DNA from: Octopus sinensis
Taxonomy: Eukaryota
Length of the DNA stretch: 64,000 nt
Direction: 5' to 3'
NCBI RefSeq assembly: GCF_006345805.1
Contig: NW_021824954.1
Location: forward strand, 1 to 64,000
The translations under genes and the position numbers were made by a program. Positions 36,430 through 49,696 of the stretch are shown here, in pieces (the first letter of the stretch is position 1; every line of letters starts with the position of its first letter). The notes under the pieces were generated by a model. It had not been told where the DNA came from. It saw nothing but the letters and a program-made list of their open reading frames with translations, and searched no databases.

Positions 36430-36744
36430 CTGTTGTGATGTTCTGTTATTGTTATTATTATTATTATTATTATTATTTTTACTTATTATTTTCGTATTCA
36501 TATTCGTGTAACATCGTCCATTTTCTGTCCTTGTTTCGTATACATTCGAAGCTTTTTTCCAAGGAATCTAATGCGCTTAGCTTAGTTTTTCCTTGGGGCT
36601 GGCCAGATTGGAGCAATCTCAAGATTAATTAGCCGAAATTGCGAGGATGATCCTGTTCTCGACTGAAGATTGAAGGCTTCGAATGTCCTGTCCGTGTTTT
36701 TTATATCGTCTTCTAAATGTTATGTGTTCTTGTCCCAGTTTGTA
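36128..36744. repeat. Inverted repeat with ~300-bp arms and a 17-nt spacer
   Basis: 36128-36428 is the reverse complement of 36446-36744 with scattered substitutions. The inner ends are (TAA)n/(TTA)n. Confidence 0.95.
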
Positions 36745-36764
36745 TTTTTATATTTCTTTCAAGC

Positions 36765-38015
36765 CTACGCATGTCTTCAGCAGTCACGGCCTATGTTTCA
36801 CTGCTGTGAAGCATTGCAGTTCACACACATGCATTGTACAATCTACCTTTCACTCAGAGCGAGAGGCTCTTTTTCACCACTAGGGGTAGAAGCTTTCTAA
36901 ACTTTGCCCAGGCTATTTTTAATCTAGTGGTAACACTCTCTGAGCATCCACCCCCACCACAGACTTGGTCACCTAGGTAGTGCAAGCTTTCAACTACTTC
37001 TCGTTTCTTTCCCTGGAGTGTAATGGAATTTGTTTTCTGAAGATCTGTGTGTTTATTGCTCCTGTGCATCTACCGCACACGAAAGCTATCTTCCTGGTTA
37101 ACCTTCCTTTCATGTTGCTTACACTGGGTATATCTTATGGAGTTTCTACCTACACCTTTTCTACACATCGAGCAGGGCCATCAACCTGAAGGTGTGTGTG
37201 ATGTGTTTGCCTTCCTACTTACTAGGACTTTGGTTTTTGTGACATTGACTCTAAGGCCTTTTGATTCTAAACTTTGCTTCAACACCTGAAATTTCTTCTT
37301 TAGTTCTGGTAGTGATTCTGCTATGAGGGCTAGGTCATCAGCATAGAGGAGCTCCCAGGAGCAACCTGTCTTGAATTCTTCTGTTATTGTCTGAAGGACT
37401 ATGATGAATAAGAGGGTGCTGAGGGCTAACCCTGGTGGACCCCTACTTCTACCTGGAATTCTTCACTATACTCATTGCCAATCCTAACCTTGCTGATGGC
37501 ATCTCTGTATAGGGCCTGTACAGCCCTTATTAACCATTCCACCAATCCCTAGTTTCGGCATCACCCACCAGATAAGGGATCGGGGGACCCTGTCAAAGGC
37601 TTTCACCGAGTCCACAAAAGCCAAGTATAGGGGTTTATCTTTGGCTAGGTATTTCTTCTGCATTTGCCGTACCAGGAATATAGCATCAGTGGTACTTCTA
37701 CCTGAGACAAAACCGAACTGCATCTCATCTAAGCAGACTCTCTTCCTAATTAGTTGGGCTATGATCCAGCAGTTTGATACCCCTGTAGTTATTTCTATCT
37801 AAAGCATCACCTTTACCCTTGTAGCAGTTGATTATGGTACTACTACGCCAGTCATTGGGTATGACTCCAGCATGAACTACCTGGTTTACAATACAGGTGA
37901 CTAGGCCATAACCCACACCACCAGATGTTTTAAGCCTCTCAGCGGTGATTCCTGATGGGCCGGATGCTTTTCCTGGCTTCATACCCTTAATTGCTTTATC
38001 TACCAGAGTGCTGTC
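36765..38015 (-). mobile_element. Internal RTE fragment (RT plus partial PHD region), decayed
   Basis: GKASGPSGITAE, NYRGIKLLD, MQFGFVSGRSTTDAIF, KAFDRVPRS and YADDL. Confidence 0.92.
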
Positions 38016-38271
38016 TATTTGGATAGCATCATAACAAATTCCTATTAGCAAATGAAACATATTTAATGCGGAATAAATAATACCAATAAATTTTCCTACA
38101 TCCTGTTTTGCTATGCAATAATTCTGCGAACAATATTTCCAGAAGTTTCAATTTCAATATGTACTTTGCATTTATACAACAACAGTAACTACATACTGGA
38201 TTGTAATAATGGAGTAAGCAAATGTTCTTCAAGAACAAACAACTCGGATTTTACCATGACTACCTACATTA

Positions 38272-38315
<44 letters not shown>

Positions 38316-38316
<1 letters not shown>

Positions 38317-38475
38317 CATCATCATCATCATCATCGTTTAGCGTCTGCCTTCCATGCTGGCATAAGTGGGATGGTTTGACAGGAACCAGCCTGGCAGAAG
38401 GCTGCACTAGACTTCTGTGACTGATATGGCAGGATTTTTAGAGCTTTCTAACACCAACCACCCTGCAGAGTGTAC
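38316..38475 (-). mobile_element. RTE 3' terminus only
   Basis: (CAT)n followed by CGTTTAGCGTCTGCCTTCCATGCTGGCAT... Confidence 0.8.
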
Positions 38476-38528
<53 letters not shown>

Positions 38529-38748
38529 AATATAGGATAACATTTTTTCGAAAAAATTTTTTATCAATGGCCAGCATATTAAAAAATACCTTTAAAGGTT
38601 AAATTTATAAACAACTTATAAACAAGGGCAAAAGAAAAACATTTCTAATGCCAAATATGCCGAAACTAGACACATCGTCCATAACCATATAATTCATCAC
38701 TATAAGTATGTATATATATCACTATAAGTTGTATATATATATATATAT

Positions 38749-39815
38749 GGGTTGTTCCATGCGAAATCAACGCAGGTGACCGAGACTGATTTCTTTCAAA
38801 CTTTGTATGCTAAATGGCCTTCATATGAAACCTTTAAATATGAAGTACTTTTTTTAAAAAAAAAGTGACATTTTTTTCGGTTATTCAATAATTTTGAGAC
38901 GTCATATCTCACTTGCTATTTGAGCTAGAAAGCTCAATTGTTTTTGTTTCGTTTTTTTCATTTTAAAGCATTTAAATAGATATACAACTTTAGTTTAGAG
39001 TATTCTTTCATTACAATAAAAAAAAATTGACCTTTGCCTTTTCATAGGTCAAAAGACATGGGCATTGATTTTTTTTTGAAATTTTGTCCAAATATTGCTC
39101 TACTTAGTCACAACTCACATATGAAATTCATACTGGTTTCTCAGTGAGAACTGTAGTTATATAGCCTACTTAAATTATTTAGCTCTTTTTTTTTTTTCAG
39201 ATTAGATATATATGACCATCTTGGTTAATTTCTGGTTACAGATGGATGTAAAAGCAAGATTTCTAGCTAAGCAAGAAAAATGTTGTGAGCCATTTGAAAA
39301 GCAAAAAGCACCTGTGAAAAAGGGTTTAAGGACAATAACTGCAGATTTTGCCACAAAAGGAAACCTAATTCCTGGATAAAAAAATATGTGACTCTTGCAG
39401 AAAAACTTTGCCCAAACTTCAAATTGAACCAGCATTAGAAGATACAAGAGATGATACATCAACTACCACTGAAGTGACTGCATCATCAACAGATGTCTTC
39501 GTAGAAGAAAATGCAGAATTAGAGATCAACACCAATGCTTTGTCTGAAATTGGAGAATCTCCAATAAAAAATAAAAGATAGATACAATCATCATGTATGC
39601 TGAGAAAAAAAGAAAATAAATGGAAAATGCTTTTGCTCAAAAGATGCAAATCATTTCACCTAGAAGAGAAGTCAGTTAATCATCAAAAGATCATCACCCT
39701 GAAAGAGAAATAATCAAACAGTTAAAAGAAAAATTCACAACAGAAAAAATATCAGAAAAACTGCAAATTTTAACAATGCTGCCAAAAAGGCTAAAAATCC
39801 AAAAGGAATTCAAGG
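38749..39815 (+). mobile_element. Degenerate DNA-transposon left part (transposase N-terminus; Sola2-like, tentative)
   Basis: Reads EKCCEPFEKQKAPVKKGLRTIT...IPG*KICDSCRK and IKQLKEKF...EKLQILTMLPK. It starts with GGG directly after (TA)n. The superfamily call is from memory only. Confidence 0.4.
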
Positions 39816-39829
39816 CTCTGAGTAATGGT

Positions 39830-40950
39830 GAACTGTGTGGTAGATTGAATTGATGTGGTAATGGGCATGAACATGATCAACCACGTAGGAGGTGTCATTG
39901 TTAATAGAGACATGGTTTCATTTGGTGGCACAGGGGCATCATGCACTATGAGTCTGCCACAAGAGAGTGGGTAGCATCCCGGGGAGAATTGTATTGTTTA
40001 CACCTTTGAAAATATAGATTTTCTGACAGTGTTCAACAGCCAGTAGTGGACAGTTGAGTGATACTGGAAAGGAGAGACCCCAATGCTGAGCTACAGGCTA
40101 AGCTGTTATCAGCATACCAGGAAAGGAGATACCAGGAGCGAGTTTGAAGGAGAGGTGGATCAAGGAAGGTATCTTAATCCTGTGGAAGGAGAAAGTGAAG
40201 AGCGGAGTGCTGTTGCTAATGGCAGCCAATGAAGGGTAAGGTCAAGCCAGTACTGGACTTTTGAAAGATTAATGGCTATGTATCTGGCAACAAGGTTCTA
40301 ATGTCTGTGGAGAAATGGTGCAAGATTAGAGACAGATGACAAGGGCTGCAACAATTGTCGACTTAAAGTCAGCATATCCGTAGCTCCATGTGAGCGAGAA
40401 ATTGTGGAAGTATCAGCTAGTAAGATGTGAGAGCCAGACATACTGTTTGAAGTTAGGTTTCAGCCTGAATTCAGCACCAAAGATCATGGCAACAGTGCTC
40501 AAATCTATCCAGGGAAAGGTGGACAAGGTAAAAAAGGCCACCAATTCCTATAAAGATTAAGCTGTAGTGTCTGCCACAGAGGCCATAGGTCATCTGAAGA
40601 AGTTTGTGTTAAAGGTGAAACTACCAAAGCCAATGTCTGGAGGAGCTGCACTGGGGTTCAGACTTCAAAGAGACAAAATGAATGTGTTAGTATTTCAGAG
40701 AAGAAATGAGATTCCTGATCTAGGCAACAGCATCAACAGATGAGAATTATTCTTGATGTGTGAGAGACTAGAAGGTCACTATGCAATCATGGGGTGGCTT
40801 TGAGCAGCATGCAGCTATGTTAAGAGATGAACAGATGGGGCAAGCTGTGGAGACAAAGTGGGGGAGAGAATGGTGGCAATGATGCAGGAGATCCTAGAGA
40901 GGGTAAGAGCAGAAGACCCAGTAAGAGGAAGCTGGTATGTACCCTAATTG
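39830..40950 (+). pseudogene. Ty3/Gypsy-like LTR retrotransposon pol relic (protease-adjacent region plus RT)
   Basis: Manual translation gives DVVMGMNMINHVGGV and IVDLKSAYP*LHVSEKLWKYQLVRCESQTYCLKLGFSLNSAPKIMATVL. Many stops keep it out of the ORF track. Confidence 0.75.
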
Positions 40951-42050
40951 AAGTCACAACAATTGTCACTAACTATAAAATATTATAAACAAGATAAACT
41001 GTCATAGCCTATTAATATGAACTTATTGCTTATGGTATGCCAGCAGTTTTGTGGAGTAGTCACATCACCTTATCATACCTCCTTTCCCAGCATACATAAG
41101 ACACACCTCAAATGTGTCTTAAATTATTTAATGACTGTGTTTGAACATTGTTTTAGTTATCTAAATGGAAACTCTCCAAAAAAACTGAAAGGAATGTTAA
41201 ATTTTCATCCACCTATCAGCTATTTGCAACAAATGGACGACAACAAAACCATAGCAGTAAACTCCTGTATAGCAATTCTCTCAACCAAAATATAAACAGC
41301 TACACAGTTAATTTGAAAGAAGACAAAAATAAAATGCAGTACTCATATAATAGTTTATTTATAAAAAATTTATAGTTTCATACTTTATTCCAGTATACTG
41401 TCACAGTATTGTATTTACAAACACAGAATCATGAATTTTCCCTAAATAACTGTCAATAAATGTATGATGAAACATAAATTTATTTTTTCTCCACAAAATA
41501 TAGTTGTAAAATAAGAGTACATCTTATGAACTGTGAGTCTTATATGCCAGCAAATACAGCTCATAGATATATATGTATATTTTATTAATACTAAGCAGAA
41601 GTAACAGAGTGACTCAAAGTCTAAGAGTTTTGTGTGTTGTTGTGTGTGTGTGTGTGTGTGAGTGTGTGTGTGTGAGTGTGTGTGAATCTTATAATTTTAG
41701 CAAAAGATTTGAGAAATAGTATTTTCTATGTAAAATATGCAATTCACTGATAAACTGTTTGTACATAATCTCCTAGCCACTTACATATGTGTGTAGTCTA
41801 CTTGTAGTTTGTTGTTCAAACTTCAATTCATTGGGTGAATATAACTGTTTTCATAAAAATTGCTTGCTGTACAATTTGATCATTTAGCATACTATTTGTA
41901 AATGCTCTCCCAGCACCTATATGCATACTTAGCCTACTTGCAGTTTGTTATTAAAATTTTCACCTTGTTGGCTGAATATAGTTTTCTTCAGATAAAAAAC
42001 CCACAAAAAGTAAAACTGCTTGCTACACAATTTCTTAATAAATTATTATA

Positions 42051-43380
42051 CAAGGTGTTCCATAAAGGGTGCTGAATTTGAAAGGTGATTAATTAAAATG
42101 AATTCTTATAAACATGGTTATATTCTGCATATTTCTAATGAGTTATGTCTCCTGTTTAGGTGTGCAATGCAATGTTGGTCATATATCCACCTGCACTCAG
42201 TCTGCATACAATAATGTGCTCCTTGAAATTCCAATAACTCTCTCACAGATGTGTGGCCTAATGCCACCAATCACACACCTGATTTCAGTTCAGGAATTTG
42301 TGTGATTTCTTGATGTATAACTGTGATTTCACATACCCCCATAAGAAGAAATTACAAGGGGTAATACTGCATGACCTTGGTGGCCATTTCTGGTCACCAT
42401 GCAAGGATATCACTTGTTACAGAAATTTTTTGTGGAGTAATGCAAGTGTTTGGCATGAAGTGTGGCAGGTCACTCCATCCTGCTGAAACCAGAGGTTGTC
42501 AGTCTCCATATCTTCCAAGGTCAGCCATAACTGAGTGGATATCATGTCTTAATAATGTTCTCCATTAATGATAACTGCATTCCCCTTATCATTTTCAAAG
42601 AAGAATGGTTCAAACACTCCACCCACCCCAAAACCACACCACACAGTTGCTTTCAGTGGAGGAATTTCATGCTCTAGCATTATTTGAAGATTTTCCTTTC
42701 CCCAAATCTGGCAGTTCTGTTTGTTGACAAATCTACTCAAGTGGAAGTGAGCCTCGTCACCGAAGATGATTTTCTTTGCAAAATCTTCATCAGCTGCAAG
42801 TCTCTCCACAACCCAGTCAGCAAATTTCCATCACCTCCTGTGGTTAGGTAGCTGAAGATGCTGCATAAGTTGAATTTTGTATGTATATATATGGAGATCT
42901 TTATGCAAAATTCAATGCAATGAAGTGATTGGGATGCCCAACTGCTGCGAACGTCAGTAAATTGATTTTCCTGGACTCAGAGTAACACTGTCTTGCACAA
43001 CAGCAATTTGTTACTATGTCCGATGAAAACAATTCCACCCAGGCAATTTGGCTGTTGCAACTGAATCAGTTGTTTTAAACTTCATCATTAGTCTGTGAAC
43101 CATAGACTTGTTGGGTGCTTCATTTCTCCCCAAAATGGTACAAAGTGTTTGAGCTGTTTGCATCGTACTTTCTCCGTTTTGGTAAAATGGCTTCACAATG
43201 AGAAGGCGTTGCTCAGGTGTAAGCTGTTTCATGACACACTGCACACTATTCTGAAAGACAAACAAAAAACTATTAATCAAAGTGAAGAGAGATAGCAAAC
43301 ATGATAAAAGCATGCCTTCAAACTTCAAAACACAAAAGTGTTGCCCAATTCAAATTTGGCACACTTTATAGAACACCCTA
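42051..43380 (-). mobile_element. Full-length decayed Tc1/mariner-superfamily transposon
   Basis: ~30-bp imperfect TIRs CAAGGTGTTCCATAAAG / CTTTATAGAACACCCT flanked by TA. Transposase remnants LTPEQRLLIV and FGDEAHFHLSRFVNKQNCQIWG. Confidence 0.9.
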
Positions 43381-43621
43381 TATATTCTAAAAATTTGTTC
43401 ATTAAGCATTGTTTGTATATGTTCTTCCAGTACTTATACATACCTAAGAGTTTGCTGTTCAACTTTCAATTGAATGAGCAAATGGGTGCCAGTCACTTAT
43501 GTGCATGCATAGTCTGCTTGTGGTTCATTGATCAAATTTCAGCTCATTATGCATGTTTAATTTTCTTCAGGAAATATATTCATTATTCAATTTGTTCATT
43601 TAAAAAACATTTGTACATGGG

Positions 43622-44212
43622 TGAGGTGGTATCAAAAATTTCCTGGACTAGTTCTGTAGCGTACCAACAGATGGCAGCACACAGTTATGTGCACAGTGAG
43701 AGCTAACAGTGACCTTCATGAGGTATTGTGCTGAGTGACATCACTGTGTTTAATTCACAAGTTGTGAAATTTGTGTTTTTGTAATCACATGTATGCTGCA
43801 GTCTGCAATTTTTTCAGAGACAGGAACAAAGTGTTAATGTGAAATTTTGCATTGAACTTGGGAAGTCTGCTACAGAGACATTGAGCATGATTCAGCAAGC
43901 TTATGGCAACGAGGCAATGGATTGTATGCAATGTTTTGAGTGGCACTGGTGATTCAAATATGGAAGAACGTCCCTGGAAGATGATGAGTGATCTAGAAGA
44001 CCTGCTATGAGCATCACCCCCAGAAATGTGGTATTGTGCATTGAGAATTCCTCCCCCAGGGCCAGACCATCAATCAAGAGTTCTACTGCAACGTTTTGAA
44101 GCATTCAAGGGAGGACATTCAGTGGTGCAAGGTGACTATTTTGAAGAAGATGATGTTAAAACTTGTGTAAATAAATTATTTTTTATTAAACATAACTTTT
44201 GGTACCACCTCG
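43622..44212 (+). mobile_element. Mariner internal-deletion derivative
   Basis: TIRs GAGGTGGTATCAAAAA / TTTTGGTACCACCTCG. HTH remnant VKFCIELGKSATETLSMIQQAYG...GRTSLEDDE. Confidence 0.85.
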
Positions 44213-44593
44213 TCTATATAAATATTGAAAAAAATGTGATGTGTGCCAGCATGTATGTCACAGTACTCACCAATTTTTTTCTTTTTTACATAAAATTCCA
44301 ATATAATCATTATCTACACACTCTGAAAGATATTTGTAGGAAATTTCATTGAAAAATACCCATTTTTCTGAAAATTATGAAAAAACAAGTCTGACTTGCA
44401 TGAATTTTCTGAAACTCCTCTCCCAGCACCCGGAACAATTTTTCACAACAAATTCTGGAATAATCAAAATCTACACTACCTGAAGTGTACTTGTAGGAAA
44501 TTTTTATTAAAAAATATTCGCTTTCTGAAAGTTACAAGAAAACGAATTTGGTTGATGAGCACACATGTGTAGATATGCTCTCTCTCTCTCACT

Positions 44594-44672
<79 letters not shown>

Positions 44673-44844
44673 TTAAGTCACAATATATGGATTTAACTAA
44701 TAAGGAGTGTAAAGAGTTATAAATGTATGTTTTATGTTACGAAACAATTGTTGTGATATAAGCATTTTCAATAGTTAAATTTCATCATACTACTAGTAGA
44801 GATACCCGGCATTGCTTGGGTTTAAAATCGCATAGTTGTTTTTA

Positions 44845-45125
44845 TTCTTTTACTTGTTTCAGTCATTTGACTGTGGCCATACTGGAGCACTACCTTTAGT
44901 CGAACAAATCGGCCCCAGGACTTATTCTTTATAAGCCTTATTCTATCAGTCTCTTTTGCTGAACCTCTGAGTTATGGGGATGTAAACACACCAACATCTG
45001 TTGTCAAACGATGTGGGGTTGGGAGTTAGACAAACACAGACACATAAAAATACACATATATATGACAGGCTTTTTTCAGTTTCTGTCTACCAAATCCACT
45101 CACAAGCCTTTGGCTGGCCCAAAGC
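44845..45125 (-). mobile_element. SINE 3' two-thirds, preceded by a solo Helitron-like 3' end at ~44792-44822
   Basis: SINE colinearity. ACTAGTAGAGATACCCGGCATTGC resembles 17619-17645. Confidence 0.75.
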
Positions 45126-45559
45126 TATAGGATACATATATATATCACACCACACTACACTACACCATACGACATTACACATCACATCACAACACATCAC
45201 CCACAGCACACCGCCCACATTACACATCACATCACAACACACCACCCACAGCATACCGCCCACACACCCATCCCCACATCTTTACACCTACACATACATA
45301 CACATATATCACAACACACTACCCACACACCCATCCCCATATCTCCACACCCACACATACATACATACACACGTCTAGACCACCAGCCCTCTTTCAAACG
45401 CACATACATTCTCTCTTATACACACACGCACCTTCGTGTTGGGGCCACCTTCGTTTTGGAAGTCACTTGACCCTGTTATCTCCCCTACTATCCCTCTAGC
45501 GTCTAACGTCTGACCTCTGACCTCTGCCTGAAGTCAGAACGCCATGATAGACCATTAGC

Positions 45560-45735
45560 TCTTACACGCATTTTTTCTCTCCTTGTTTCTTTTCTCTGTA
45601 TCTTTCTGTCGAAGAACATAGGCTCGAAACGTAAAAGACTTGTTCTATTTGTATTCCTGAGCGCCATACTAGTACATTTGTTTGTTTGTACTCCACCTGC
45701 CTTCGTCTTTTGTTTATTTTTGTAAACCTTCCTGT
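45560..45735 (+). mobile_element. Penelope-like tail with hammerhead-like motif (second copy)
   Basis: CTTT-CTGTCGA-A-GAACATAGGCTC-GAAACGTA-AAAG at 45602-45637. Confidence 0.55.
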
Positions 45736-48700
45736 TATATATATATATATACATATATATATCATCATCATCATCATCATCATTTAGCGTCCGTTTTCCA
45801 TGCTAGCATGGGTTGGACGGTTCTATTGGGGTCTGTGAAGCCAGAAGGCTTCATCAGGCCCAGTCAAATCTGGCAGTGTTTCTACGGCTGGATGCCCTTC
45901 CTAACGCCAACCACTCCGTGAGTGTAGTGGGTGCTTTTTACGTGCCACCCGCACTGGTGCCAGACAGAGCTGGCAAACGGCCACGAACGGATGGTGCTTT
46001 TTATGTACCACCGGCACGAGGGCCAGGCGAGGCTGGCAACGGACACGAAACGGGGCGGTGCTGGCAACGGTCGCGAAACGGAAAGTTCTCTTACATGCCA
46101 CCGGCACTGGTAACACATCTGCAATTTCCATTGATCGATTTCGATTCTGATCCTCACTTGCCTCAATGGTCTTCACAAGCAGAGTTTCGACATGCCACCG
46201 GCACTGGTAGCACATCCGCAATTTCCATTGATCGATTTCGATTCTGATCCTCACTTGCCTCAACACGTCTTCACAAGTAGAGTTTTGTGTCCCAAGAAGG
46301 GAAGGTATGCATACGTAGGCTGGCTCCATCCCATGTAGAAGGCCACGGGTTGTGGACTCACTTGTCCTGCCGGGTCTTCTCGCGCACAGCACACTTCCAG
46401 AGGTCTCGGTCTCTAGTCATTTCCTCAGTGAGACCTAAAGTTCGAAGGTCGTGCTTCACCACCTCGTCCCAGGTTTTCCTGGGTCTGCCTCTTCCATAGG
46501 TTCCCTCAACCGCTAGGGTGTGGCACTTTTTCACACAACTATCTTCATCCATTCTCGCCACATGACCATACCAGCGCAAACGTCTCTCTTGCACACCACA
46601 ACTGATGCTTCTTAGGTCCAGCTTTTCTCTCAAGGTACTTACACTCTGCCGAGTGTGAGTACCGGCATTACACATCCATCGGAGCATACTGGCTTCATTT
46701 CTAGCGAGCTTACGCATATCCTCAGCAGTCACGGCCCATGTTTCACTGCCATGTAGCATGGCTGTTCGTACACACGCATCATACAGTCTGCCTTTCACTC
46801 TGTGCGAGAGGCCTTTTGTCACCAGCAGAGGTAAGAGCTCTCTGAACTTTGCCCAAGCTATTCTTACTCTAGCAGTTACACTTTCAGCACACCCACCCCC
46901 GCTGCTGACTTGGTCACCTAGGTAACGGAAACTATCAACTATTTCTAGTTTTTCTCCCTGGAAAGTGACGGAAGTTGGTCTCAGAGCATTTTCAGTGTTT
47001 ATTGTTCCTGAGCATCTGCCACATACAAAAACCATCTTCCTAGTTAGCCTTCCTTTGACATTGCTGCATCTCTTATGTGTCCATAGCTTACACTTGGTGC
47101 ATCTTATAGAGTTTCTACCTACACCTTTTCTACAGATCGAGCAGGGCCATCTACCTGAAGGTGTTTGTGATTTGTCTACCTTCCTACTGATTACGACTTT
47201 GGTTTTAGCTAGATTGACTCTGAGGCCCTTCGATTCTAATCCTTGTTTCCACACCTGAAACTTCTCCTCCAGTTCTGATAGCGACTCAGCAAAGAGCAAG
47301 GTCATCAGCATAGAGGAGCTCCCAAGGGCATCCTGTCTTGAATTCCTCCGTTATTGCCTGGAGGACTATGATAAATAGGAGGGGGCTGAGTACTGAGCCT
47401 TGGTGGACCCCTACCTCTACCCGGAATTCTTCACTGTACTCATTTCCAACCCTCACCCTACTAGCGGCGTCCCTATACATGGCCCGCACAGCTCTCACTA
47501 ACCATTCATCTATCCCTAGTTTTCTCATTGCCCACCAGATAAGGGATCGGGGGACCCTGTCGAAGGCTTTCTCCATGTCAACAAAAGCCAGGTACAGGGG
47601 CTTATCTTTGGCTAGGTATTTCTCCTGCAGCTGCCTTACCAGGAATATAGCATCAGTAGTACTTTTCCCTGGCACAAACCCAAACTGCATCTTATCTAAA
47701 CTAACTCTCTCTCTAATTAGTTGGGCTATGACCCTCTCCGTAACCTTCATCACCTGGTCCAACAGCTTGATACCTCTGTAGTTATTTGTATCTAGGGCAT
47801 CACCTTTGCCTTTGTAGCAGTTGACTATTATACTGCTACACCAGTCATTGGGTATGACCCCTTTGTGTATCACCTGATTAACTATATGGGTGACTAGGCT
47901 ATAGCCGACACTACCAGACATTTTGAGCATCTCTGCAGTGATCCTGATGGGCCTGGGGCTTTCCCTGTCTTCATGCTTCTAATTGCCTTAGCTACCACAG
48001 AACTATCAACTCGGATAGCTGGTCCCTCTGTTGGGTCAACATTCGGCAGACTCTCTTTATCCCATTCATTTTCTTCATTCAGCAACCTTTCATAGTGGCA
48101 TCTCCAAACCTCTCTCTTCGCATCCTCATTTAGCGCAAGTGAACCATCTTCCATGCGAACACACTTCTCTCCTACCACATCACGATTCTCTCTCAAACAC
48201 TGTCTTGCAACACGAAACACCTCCAGTCTTTGGTCCTCACGGCGCAGAACATTGGCAAATTTTTTCTTATCTGCTTCCCCTCTGGCTAAATAAACCTGTC
48301 TCCTAGCTTCTCTTTTGGCAGTCTGATACAATTCCCTGCTACCCCCATTTTTCCAGACCTTCCAAGCCTGTCTCTTTTCTCTAATAGCCCTGTCTACAAT
48401 ATTGTTCCACCACCACGTTATTCTAGGTCGAGAGGGGACTTTGCACCAGCCACAGATCTGGTCAGTGGCTCTCAGCAGGTTGTCCCTTAGAAACGTCCAG
48501 CTGTCTTCTACCCCCTGTGATGCTCTATCCCCTTCTACTTCGTCAGAGGCTTCAAGTAATATGTCCCTAAATCTCTGTCCATTTGCAGGATCTTTAAGCT
48601 TCCAGATCCTTCTTCTCCATATTTGTCGTCTTCTGGTTGTCCTCCTAGTCCTGATCCTAAAGTCACTAACTACCAGTCTATGTTGTGGGGTACATTCTTC

Positions 48701-49696
48701 ACCTGGGAAGGTTTTGGCATTTATAAGCAGCCATCTCTCCCTTTGCCTTGTAAGGATGTAGTCAATTTGGCTGGTATGTTGGCCCGATTGGTAAGTGACT
48801 AGGTGGCTGGTAGGTTTCCTGAAGTTAGTGTTGCAAATCATAAGATTATTTGCATCGCAGAACTCCAGCAGCCTGGTTCCCTCCTCGTTGCGGGAGCCAT
48901 AGCCATAGCCTCCATGTACGCCATGGAAGCCCCCAGCATGTCGTCCAACGTGACCATTGAAGTCACCAGCCACAAAGATAAGGTCTCTGTCGTTCGTCAA
49001 TGAGGTAGTCTGCAGTAGAGTGTCATAGAATCGGTCTTTCTGTCCATCGGGTAGCCCCGACTGAGGAGCATAGGCTGATATAATGGTTGCTAAACATATG
49101 ATGAAGCACTAATCTAATCTTAAGTATTCTGTCACTTACTCTGATTACCTCAATTACTTTATCTACCCATTTCTCAGCGATAAGTATACCCACGCCACCA
49201 CAACCCCGTCAGTGTTCCCTGCCCAGAAAATCTTGTACCTGCGTTCCTTGCCTGTGAGGAACCTAGCTGATCCTCCTCTCCACCTTATTTCTTGCATGCA
49301 ACATATATCACACATCTCCGTTCAAGCATCTCGACTATCTCACCAGACCTACCTTTCAGAGTGCCAACGTTGAGGGTGCCAACCCTGAGGGTGTGGAAGG
49401 CATGGGCTCTAGAGACCCTGGGACGGTGGACAGTAGCTTCGTGTACCTGAAAAGAAAGCTCGCATTTGGCAGAATTCATGTGCAAGAAATGAAGTAGTAA
49501 AGTAGCCTTCAGTACAACCTGCATAACGCTAGCCTTTCATATTTTGCACTGTATGAACATTACCTTACATAGGTCGAGACTAGGGGTAGGGAGGGGTATG
49601 GATGGTGAGAGCATTTGCAGTCTTCATGGGAAGCAACCCCGGAATGGAAGAGAATAGGAACTTCCGGCATGCGTGGTGGGGGTGGGAGGGCGGGTG

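Noticed and set aside
36590-36700. Hammerhead in the arms of the 300-bp inverted repeat (CTGAAGA...CGAAT)
   Set aside because: GAAA is replaced by GAAT, and stems I and III cannot be formed.
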